Positions 14,101 to 26,100 of a stretch of 64,000 nucleotides of DNA are shown here, in pieces (positions within the stretch are counted from its first letter, which is position 1; the number at the start of each line of letters is the position of its first letter). A program made the translations under genes and the position numbers. Under the pieces are notes generated by a model. The model was not told the DNA's origin. It did not search any database and saw nothing but the letters and a program-made list of their open reading frames with translations. This DNA comes from Orbicella franksi (Eukaryota): assembly GCA_964199315.1 (NCBI GenBank), contig OZ116698.1, positions 21,700,001 through 21,764,000 of the forward strand. Direction: 5' to 3'.

Positions 14101-17100
14101 AAAACAATAATCATACTTGAGAATTTTCATGTCTTTTGGATAACAAGCAATCGAAGAGGACATAGGGGGGTAGCACTGAAATTAGAGGAGCTGGAGAGCA
14201 TTAGTTAGCACTGGCAAAGCAAAGGCAAGACTTGGGAATTTAGTGGAGTGAAGGGAATTGGAAGACTTGGTATGCTTCTGTGGGAGTGTGAAAGGAATAC
14301 AGACAATGAGATGTTACAGATAGCTGTATACAGACACTCATATTTTACACACCTTGTATACAAATAATACAGTAAATGGACAACAAGTGTCCTGGTTAAG
14401 GAACTCTACAAAGGTTACTGAAATGTAAAATCACACAAAATTTGATGCTCATTTGAGACTAAGCTTGGTCGTATTAGAGTTTTCTTAATAATTGAAGGCT
14501 TTTGTGCAAAAAGGGTATATGTAGCATTTTGGGTCGATTTTTATTTTTTGTAGGATCGAGCTAATTTTTGGCAGACTGACTTGTTTTGACATGAAAAGCA
14601 TTGTTGTATAATTGTTTTCGAGAAAAAATGTATGCAAAAAACTCAGTTTTCCACAGGTATCTTTTGGAGATCTTTTGTTGAGCAAAAAACAAAAGAAACC
14701 TTTGTTTTGCTAAATGATGAAGTCACCAAAGTATGGTATTTGCCGCTAGTTTTATTATTCATATAATTATGCAATTCTCTTACTGTTGCTTCCTTAGCGC
14801 AAGCGAATAAGGCGCTGAATTGGCCAGATGCGAGTTTGTTTTGTCATGACACCGATTTGATACAAGGTCGGTCAATTTTTTTTTTCCGGTCTATTTTTCT
14901 ACTTCTTTCAAAAATCAAAACATCTATTTAAAAAAAAAACCGTGCTGTCCAAGCTGCTAAAAGTAACCGTTTAAGTTTGCGCCGCATCATAATCCACCTT
15001 GGAAGGATTCGCTCCAAAAGATGCCGCTCAGAAAACTGAGTTTTTTGGCATACGTTATTTCTGGAAAATGAAGTGCAAATCAACAAAAACAATTACGCAA
15101 CGATGCTTTTCATGTCAAAACAAGTCAGTCTGCCAAAAATTAGCTCAATCCTACAAAAAATAAAAATCGGCCCAAAATGCTACATAAGCCCTTTTTGTAC
15201 GAAAGCCTTCAATTATTTTGCCTTCAAATGAAACCAGGAAAATATGGAATCCACCTCTTTAGGAAATGCTGTGATGACTTCTCCCTCACTGTACCCTATA
15301 GCAGAGTATAGCTTCTCCAGTTCTTCTTTCTTCTGTTCTTCAGTTAGAATTTCTGTTAAGACAATAAGGAAACCATTTAGAGGTAAGTTCACAACTGCAC
15401 TTAAGATCATTCACCACAATGTACATCTATGTCCCACATGTGTCCTCATCCACAGCTTATGGCTAACTGGCACAATGGTTGTGAGAGGTAAACCAGTTGT
15501 TTCATGTTTCGTAACAAAGGAGAAACTAATGGAAATCGCAGCTCGCTGCAAAATACTTTTTTACCTCCTTCTTCATCGTTTTGAATGAACATATGTGCTT
15601 GATACCCAAAAAAGACTGTAAATTGAGAATTCTAAGCAATGTTTTGAAGAAAACACTGCTTTCAACAGGAAATTAATAGATACAGGCATGTTAAATTCCC
15701 AACTTCTCTTTTCATTTAAGGCCAAGTAGTAAACCTTGGCACTTACTCCTGATAGGTGGAAGTATATGGCAAAATATAGAAGCCTGACCTGGTTGTTCCT
15801 TCTCCTTCTTGCTCTTTTTGCTAGAACCCCAAAATCCTGAAAACCATCCACTACTTTTCTTCTCTTCAGCCTTCTTTTTCTTTTGTCTCAAGGCTGCAGC
15901 TTCCTAGAGTGAGGGGAGTTTGAGAATTGACAAGTATTGCTTAGAGAGAAAGAACATACAATTCTATTTCTTTGGGTAGATGTAACTCAGAGGCATTGTA
16001 ATAGCCATTACTAACAGTAGAGTATGCCTTTATAGCAAAGAAACCTTAGCATCAACGGACAATATGGTGCAAGACTTAGTCATGTTTTGGGGGCACATCC
16101 ATTTATTGGTAATGCAGCTAACTATCTTGTTGAGCCTCCTGTACTCCACACAGAATCACACCAATCCATTGTTATGGATGACCTTGTGGTCCCTGTCATC
16201 TATCATATAAGAAGCAGGCACATTTTCCTACAATAAAATATTGTTAACCTTGATTGCATTTTATGTGTCACATGTATTTCACCAGCCATCACCCTTGAGT
16301 TTGGTTTCTCATGTGGGCCATTTTGGATTATTGCAACTCAAAACCAGGTTCATTGGTGGTCAAGTAAGTTAAGCCTAGAGAACATACATTCACATTGACA
16401 CCAACCTCATATGCAGCTTGACGACGGCAAATTGTGATGTTCAAAACATCCAGCTTGCTTTCAAGGCCCTAAAGAAATGGAAGAAGTCATTGAAACTGCC
16501 GACATGCTATATCTTTAAAAAACATTGAGTACAATAACAAATGAACAACATATAATCATCACTAACACCAAGTACGCAGTATATACCTCCAGCTCTTTAA
16601 GTAATGAATCAGAAGGTTTGTCTTGCAGCAACTTCTTCTTATACAAGCCCTTGTACTTCTTACAGAGATCCCTGTAGAAGGTGGCAAGAAGCAAATTTAG
16701 TCATAACCCGTCTAAACTGCCCACTCTCCAATCCTTCAAGGAAGACCTCAGAACAGAGAGTATTGAGGGTTACAGGGTGCAACTGTATGTAAAGTCTGCA
16801 TGTGAGCAAAGTGACCTATCAGGCTGGACCTTATCCTGGCTTCTGTAGCATGAGACAACCAGGAGTGTTTCAACTCCCACCTGGATGCATTTTATAAAGT
16901 AAAATAAAGTAAAGTGTCTTGCACAAGAACACAACACATTGTCCCCAGCCAGGGCTCAAACCCGGACTGCTCAATCCAGAGACAAGCACACTAACCATGA
17001 GGCCACTACGCCTCCCACTACCATACATGTACAGTACATTAAATAGTTTGGACAAATGCTATTGGATGCAAATTAGCATGTATCAACTTGCCTGTGTTCC

Positions 17101-20100
17101 TTCATATGGTTCCATGACCAGTTCCTCAGTCTCCTTCTTACATCTTCCTCAAGGATACTTGTGATTGCATAATTCCACCTGTAAAAAGATGTTTTAAAAC
17201 AATTATGGAAATTTTTCTACTAGTTCAATCAGTAACTAAATCAAAGACAAGAAATGTACAATCAAATAGTTACCACTGTGTAGCATGGCCAAGAAGAGGG
17301 ACATTTGGTTTATATTTTCTGAACGTGGAATTTGTGGCCATTCTGTCAAAGGACTCCAGTAACTCCATCACATCATGATACTGCTGTCTCATCAGAACTA
17401 GTGATATCTCTTGCAAGACAAGGCTTAGGAAAATCTAAATAATTGAACAAATTAAAAAAAAAAAACGTTAAATACATATTGTACCCTATTGCAATGTAAG
17501 CATCAGTAAGAATATTGAGTCTACGTAAACTAATGGAAAATGTTCTTCTAGAGTATAGAAACGTTCACAAACATGTATTTGGACATTGTATCGCAATTTT
17601 CAAAAGTGAACTGCAAACTGTGTAATTGTATGAACTTACCTTGGGCATACTTAGATCAGAACCAGGCTTAACATTCATCTTTACTTTTGTGATGGCTGAG
17701 ATAGGCTTTAAAACTAAATCACAAACAAAAAAGTGGTTTGCTTTGAAATTAATATATAAATAAATGAAGGGAAAAAGGAAGGAGGGAGGGAGGTACAGTG
17801 TAGAGAGGGAGGGAAGGAGGGATGGATGGACAGGAGGATGAAACAATAAATATATAGAGCGGTTTCCGATTGGTGTGGTAAAACCAAAACAAAAGCAATT
17901 AATTACCAATCAACTACTCAGCCAATGTCAAACCATAGTAAAATAAAAACCAATGAAAGTAATTGCCTGATTACTTTTGACACTCAATTGAAAACCACTC
18001 TGAATGAGTAAACAAATAAATAGAAACAAGTATTTTTATGGACCTTTTCGGCGATACGACAGCCATTTTGAATTCTATTGTTTCAAACAGCTATTATGGG
18101 ATGCTCAGGGGGCAAATTAATAGCTATTTGCCCCCTGATCATCCCATAATAGCTATTTAAAACAATAGAATTCAAAATGGCTGTCGTATCGCTGAAAAGG
18201 TCCACTAAGTACTCTAGAGACCCCATCCATAAACAAAACAAATGAGTGATCAGTTTACGCATGACCTATCGAGTCCCACACTGAAATCAGTCCTGACAAT
18301 TGAGTATTTTTGTAAATACCAAAATCCTTTGCAAATATAATTAATTTTACAAACTCACTGTATCTAAAATTAGGTGGAGAATAATGCTGTGCTGTCCTGA
18401 TGGCTATTCCTCCCTTGGCTTGATTCTAGAAAGTTGCAAAATGAAGCAGAGCCCTTCAGCAATAAGTTAAAATTGCTTCATAAAACAACATAATTATTGA
18501 TCACAGGTAAATGGCTCAAAAGTTAGGATGAAATGTAAAGTTTGTAGCACTGTCTATACAATGTACAGTGTACATACACAACAATATAGCTGGTGGCCAG
18601 TCAACACACAAAAGAAACCCATCTGCAAGTGGCCATACTAGGTAACAATGGCAAGAATGGAAAAGGGAAATGTGCATAGCACACAGATATCATCAAATTA
18701 AAAAATGCAGGTGCATTGTCTGATCTAGAGCACGCAATTGTGGGATTGGCGCAGTTCGATGGAAGATGTCCCCTCAAATATTCACCACATGGGTCATTTT
18801 GGCGCAGCAAACATCTGCAGCTACTGACTTGTAATTTTCCTTCGTTTACTACGTTTTTCGAAAACTTTGTGTGATTTAAAGTTTCATAGAATTGACAATA
18901 TAAAACAGCGTACGTTTTATGAATGTTTACGACACGGACAAATAAAAATGGTTGCCAGAAGCTGAGATGAGATTCCTGGGAACAAGTATAATAATTCTTA
19001 TTGGGGGTCAATTTATAAAAATGCACGTGCTCATTGCGAACCCCTTACTTTTCATGCTTGATTGATGAAACGCGACATGTTATTTTGGTTGTTTTCTCTG
19101 TCATTCTGCTATACTATTGTCATGTCAAAGTAGAAAAGAATATGATCATTCTTTGGTCGAGAAAACAAAAGAGAAGAACACAGACCTTAAATGGAAACCA
19201 GCAGAATTGACAACGTTGATGACAATAAATTGAGTGATTCTGATGAATGTGAACCTTTTGTTGAACCGAAAGCCAAAGCAGCTAGGAGAAACTTTCAATC
19301 TACCTGGTTGGAAAAATTCAAGTGGTTGCAATACAACAACACAAAGGGTATGTTGTGTTCAATTTGCATTGACTGACTTGACTTTTTTTTTATTTTTCAC
19401 AAGAAAAAAACATTGTGTCCCCCAAAAAACTGGAATGTCCCCTAGAATATCCCCCTTAAGTGAAATCCTAGATCAGTCACTGAGGTGTCATATTATAATT
19501 AGCATTAAAGGCAAACCTTCTGCAAGTGACTACCCAAAATGTCAAGCCTAGGCGGTCACTTACGGGAGGTGGTCACTTATGAGACCTTAGACCATATTGG
19601 GTCAGAATTTCGCCTCATTAGCATTATAAGGAATGTGTTGGCCACACCGGATACTGTACTTTGATTTTCATAATGTAGCTGTTTTAAACTTTTGACTGTT
19701 CTTGAGAGAACAGTGAATCAGGAAATCCGTTCTAAGTTTCTTTTTGAAGACTGATAATGTACAGTGTATGTGCATTTTTTCTTTAAATTTTTAAATGTTT
19801 TATTCATGTGGAAAGTCTATTTCAAGAAAAAATCCGGTACTTCCCACTGAGAAATTTCTGTGTCTTGTTCTACCCAGGAAATCAATGCGATAATGTTACA
19901 ACATTTTATTATCCAATTTCCATTCTATTATCTGTCCAGTGGTTGCTTATGGGAGGTTAAAAACAAAAGAAACTTTCAAACTTATAGCTCTAAAAGTGGT
20001 TGCGATCATTTACAAGAGGTTCCAAATATAGTGATTCGACTTGGAAACTTTTGGTAGTTTGGAAAACTGGCCACTGAGCAGAGGTGGTCGCAACCAGAAG

Positions 20101-23100
20101 TTTGACTGTATTTCGCTGTTTTTTCCCTGCAGCTTGCCATTTTTTAAGTTAGAGTTCCAACCAAACATTTCCTTGGCAACAGCAATCCTCTGGAGTAATT
20201 ACAGACACTGTGTATGACAATGATGACTGCACAATAAGGAACAAGACAAGCGTAATTACCACCCAGTCCTCTTGTGATGGCAGTTTTCCAATGTCGTCTT
20301 TTGTATTCCAGTACAGGGCAAGGCTGTCAAGTTTGACAAGCTGACCAGCAAGAAAAGGAGAAAGTGTGATTGAATTTACAATTCTAAACAACTTCACTGA
20401 ACAAAACAGGCCAACTACATTATTATTAAAATTCTAACTTAATGCCAAGGCTTAAGGGATTAAAACAAAACAAATTACACTGAGGCTGATTGATGGTGAT
20501 AAATGATAGCAGCTCCTCTCAACCACTTTACAGAGAAATGCAATTTTGACAAAATGCAAAAACATAGTTTTGCTGCATACACAGGAGAGTTTTCAATTAA
20601 GAGGACTAAAGTACTATTTAGTTCTGCCAAACTTGGCTAGTCCATCAGATGGTGTAAACATCAAAACAAAACAAAGAAACCTACATGCATACTTTTTCTT
20701 TTGATAGAGTTAACATCAAAGATATCACATATTAATTGATCACAATGTATAATAGCCTCCAACAATTAAGGACCAAGCTATGAAATTCCTACATTGCACG
20801 TACACATAGAATGCATTAAAGCAAGAATTTAGTAATGAATAAAAGTCTCACCTTGTGTACAATCTGCACGCTTTTACCAACAATAGAAGGAATCCAGTTC
20901 TCATCCGTGGACTATGAAACGTAAAATGACCGTAAGCTTACACAATGAGTAAAATATGGATTAACTGACTGGAGGCAGCGTGGCCAAGTGGTCATCGTGT
21001 CGGACTTGCAATCCAGCGGTCCCGGGTTTGAGTCCCACTCTGACCACTACCTGGATTTGTTTCTCGCTAGCCCCGAGTTCAAATCCTCAGCCACACATGT
21101 AAATAGCCAACTGGTTTGCCGCCGGCCAGTTGGGATTCTTAACAATGTTATGTTCAATTAACTGGAATTATTTGTTTCAGTTGTTTACTCAGCCCCACTA
21201 CCACTTGTGCTATAAAAACATTGCCGAGGATAAATAAAGGTTATATTTCATTAAGAAATGTTTTTGGCCCAAAATTCACGGCAGTTTACCCCATACTTAC
21301 TCTAAACTTTCTTCCTTTTCAGACTCAAGCGCAAGAGTGAAATCAAACTCTCTGGATCATGTGTAGTAAGGCATGTACTGTCGAGTGTTGATCGATACCC
21401 TTGATTGACTCTTGAACGACATCTTGATTGACACTCAGTCGACATCTCAATCGATATTCGGGCGACACTAAACCAACACTCAATGAACATCTCAATTGAC
21501 AAAGAAGCTTGATCAACAGTCGGTTCATATTAGGCCAAGTCCTGACTGACTCATATGTATCAATCAACACTTGATGGCAGGTCTGCAAAAATTAGTCAAC
21601 TCTCAACCAAATGTTGACTAGATGTTGATAAAGTGTTAACTGAGTATCAATCAAGATGTTGAGTGAGATACTGATCGATATTCAATTGAGGGTCGATTAA
21701 GGATATCGATCGACACTCGACAGCAGATGCCTTAAGTATACATGATTCAACTCTCTAAGGTTACTTGCCAAATTTTGCTTCAAACAACTGACAAGTTGTA
21801 AGAACAAGCTTCAGCAAATGCCTGAAGTCAAGACATTAACAGTTCTATACATGTAACTTCTTGTACTTTTTCAAGGCAAGGAAGATTATACATTGTCAGC
21901 GATTTTCACTTTTATTAAAATTTCCAGACCTTCTTTCCACCCTGTATGAACCAGTGCACACTTACCTGTGCAGACAAATTTTCCAGAGTAACGCCAATTG
22001 AAAATGGGGCTGATGGATTGGTAACCTGACACAGGAAATAACACGTTTATTAAAAAACGTAATATGAAGTCAGTCCAAGCAGCACTGGCACAGCAGTGTG
22101 AGTGTGGTGTGAATGCGGTCCAGATTTGATTCCAGCCCAGAGTCATGTGCGTTGGGCTTGTTGTTTGTTCTTGCCTTCCCCTTAGTGTGTTTCTTCTGCG
22201 GACTCCAGTTTTCCCCTGCCCCCCCAAAAACCATTATTTCCAAACTCCAGTTCAACTTGAAAAGAGGACCCACATGAAAACCACCTATGTCTGGAGTAGC
22301 TTCCTCTCCAAAAAATGTAATTCATTATTATTATTGAAGGTCTGTAAAAACCAGTGGGTAATTAACCTTTACTTAACTCCTTACAAGACAGTGCACGTAG
22401 CAACTTAAACACCATATAGATCTGTACATTTTGGTTTTAAATCAATGTGTGCTGCTAGTGTATCAACTCCATAAATACAGCAACAACAAACCACCAAACT
22501 CTGAGTATATTAACAGGGTTCTTAGAGACTATCCTGAACTTCCTTCATGTTGAAAGTGGCTGTTATGCAGTGTATGCAATGAAACAAAAAGGATCCACAG
22601 AATTGCCTGTTATACATGTAACAACAAGTTCACCAATCACCAACTGTAGAGCATGAGGGTGGTATTCTAGCCTTTTGTTCAGGCTACAATGTGCAAGTTG
22701 TCAACAAATGCTCGTACCCACCTTCTATAGACCCTTTGCATAAATGCGCCTGAATTTGAATAACAATACTTTGTACATCCTTAGCCTCATACAGGGTGGC
22801 AAATGGTGAATACGAGACTTTGCGAAATGATGAGATTAGCGTTTTTCTTTGTGAGCCGAAGACATTTTGATTTCTTCAATTGCGAGACTGAGACTTTAAA
22901 GTGTTTTAAATGCGAACTCAAGACTTTCAGGTTCTAAGATGTTGTGATGTCATTTAACTTTACTAAAAAAAATTAAAAATAAACAAATCGGTACTTCGCG
23001 ACTTTCTTAGCCTTGAAAAAAATCGAGACTGCGGACAGCTTTGTGAGAAAAATCGAGACTGCGAGACGCACATAACTGCTAAAAAACGAGACTGCAAGAC

Positions 23101-26100
23101 TCGTGAAATTCAACGAAAATTTTGCAAGACCTATGGTTTTTGAAGGACCATTCGCCACCCATTCGTACTTATGTTTTTTCACTTGAATGTGAGGCTTAGG
23201 ATGTATAAGTATTGCTAATCAAATATCTGCACAGTTTTTGCAAAGGGTCTATGTCCAAGAGAAGGGAACTTGAATTTCTCTTGAATGAGGACCAGCACAG
23301 GGCAGTTTTCAACTGAATTTCTCAAACTCATTAATAATTCATCAAGTTTAAACAACGGAAATCATGACCGTGACGGTGTTTGGATCTCTGATCTTAATTA
23401 GCATAGATTTTTACGATTTTAATTCTCCATTTTCTCCTTAGTTTTAGTTTCGATTGAGAAGATATATCAAACACTCAAGACAGTGTTTGACCACATTTCC
23501 AAACACCTCGAAGTTCGTCAAAAATACTCCGCTGTGCATCGTATTTTCAACTCTCTTCTCGGAGTTTGGAAATGTGGTCAAACACGTCAAAAGTAATCAA
23601 GCAATTACTTTGGTTTTGGGTTTTACTTTGTCAGTTTGAAGTTGGCTGAGTTGTCTAACTTGTAAGTAATTTTGATTTTATGACACTCAATTGAAAACCA
23701 CTCTATATTCTAGATAACAACATTATGCTTTTCTATACAAGCAAAGAATATTGTTATCTAAATATACTTACAGAGTCTTCATAGCGTACATGTATATTGC
23801 AAACAGAGATCTGTAAAAAAAGAAAGGCAGCATGTAGTAGTGAACATGACTATAGTAGACAACATAACAATGAGAAGAAAGACCATATCCTAATCGCTTT
23901 AAGTGTTATTTACAAAATATAAATAAACACACTTCTCACAAATGGCCAAAAGGAAAGGAAGAAAATATAATCACAATAAACAAGCTATATTGGCATATTA
24001 ATCAGTGTCCATTTGTTCTTTTTCTTTTAACTTACCTGAAGGTTCTTGACAATCTGCATCGCCAACTTCTCTACAAAGCTGTCAGACTTTTCATCCTTTT
24101 GTGGTGCTATAAGTTAACATAAGAAAGCAGTCCACATTATTTTTTGTAATAAAACAAATCAGTCATTGAACAGAAGGCTGCTGCCTAACAGCCACCCGGA
24201 TGCCTGAGGCGCCTAAGTTACAAGTGTGGGCGACTAAATTTTTTTTCAAGGAGCCCGAGTGGGCGCCTAAACATGGAGGTTTCATTTCCATCTAATCTGT
24301 CCGATGACTTCAATCCCTTGTAACCAGTAATTACAAGCAATTCCTGATGGTACCTTCGTTCCACCAGCCTAAACCTTCCAACCATCGCTGGTCATCATCA
24401 TCGATCGTACAGTGTACATGGCTACCATTCATTCTGACCAGCCAGAATGTCTCTCAAAACCATTCAAAACATCAGTCTCACAATAAATTAAATTAAAACA
24501 ACAGTAGCCCTGATCTTATTTTGATTTCGTCACGAGAAATATGGGCCAAACTATGACAACTAAGTCTCTCTCCACTCACAAATAGCCAAAGACAGTCATT
24601 TTTGAAAATTCCCCTATAATGCATTGTGAACTCAGTATTGAATACATGTACATCATGAATGCTATTGGACTGTGTCTCTGTTGATACCCTTTTGACAAAG
24701 AGGCAATATTCCAGTTGTAAAATAGAGCTTATGAGAACAAATATTTTTGGAAATGGAGTAATGATGCTGTTGGTATTATATTTCCAACTTCTGATTATGT
24801 AAAGGCTTTTCAACAGAAAATATGAAATAACATGATCATTCAGTTTCTGTTAATTTTAGCATGCCCCACCAAGGAAAACACATTTCAGTGACTCCCCAAG
24901 TGCCTCTTTCTTTTTCACTTGTTTCCATTTGCAGCTTGCATTTCATGATTTGTACAATGTATTTTGTTTTGCTCCCAGATAAATTATCCAGGAGTCTCCC
25001 AGATACTAGCCTCCTACACAGACATTCTTTGGGCTTGTCACACAATCTTCCTCCCCCAAGGAGGTGAGGAAGATTACGTGACGAGCGCAAAGAGCATCTA
25101 CTCAGGAGGCTACCCAGATACAGACCAAATCTCCCAGTCTCTGTACAGGTCATTTATTCTATTGAATTCAAAGGAAAGTGCTTATTTTGGCTTGTTTCAA
25201 GCCTGTTTCAGGGCAAAATAATGAAATATTTGGCATGTTTTTGTCGCTGAATAATTTGGAGGAACTCCACTTTTAACAACATTTTTTTAGGGTAGAGAAG
25301 GTAAAATTGGCGATCTCCCAGATTTAATTTTTTTTTTATTAGGTTGGCATCTCTGGAATGGCAAAACTCAAACACTAAAGTAACACATAATTTTGTAAAA
25401 ACAGCTGCAGTGCCAGACTCGTACCCAGTCACTATTTATTTGTTTTTTCGGAAGAGAAGATTGAATACTAGGGTGGATGCACAAGGTTTCATGGTAAGGG
25501 TTGAGGGAAAATAGCTATTTTTCCTTTGACCCTTCCCATGACACCTTGTGTGCCTTAATCCACCCCTAGTATCCAATCTTCTCTCCCTAAAAAACACATA
25601 AATAGCAACTGGTACAAGTTTGCTGTAGCTTTTGCATGTATACACCAATTATTGAATGTTATTTTGTTCAAATTACAACATGAATATATTCTTCCTCAGT
25701 CATGACCTGACCAGTTCGCTGAACACTCAATTCCACAAATTTGATTGATATTAGTGTCTTGAGGAAACTCTTAGCAGAAAGAAGGGGAATGCCCCTGGGA
25801 CCCCTCCCCAAAATTTCCCATGTTTCCCATTTTATATGGGAGTCACCGCCAGGATGTACACACAAATCATAAGCATAAACAAAGTAACTGAATTACATAA
25901 AAAAAACATACCATGTTTTTTCTTCTCCTCCTCCAGTTGCCTTGCTAACTCCACAGCATCCAACTGCCTCTGCTTCTTTTCCTGCTTGGCTTTCTCTTCT
26001 TTCTCTGCATTATACTTAACATCTGATGAAGAAACAAACAAAATCATAACTTTCCTGACATGGATTGCTTACAATTACCCTCACATGTGTTTCAGTAACT

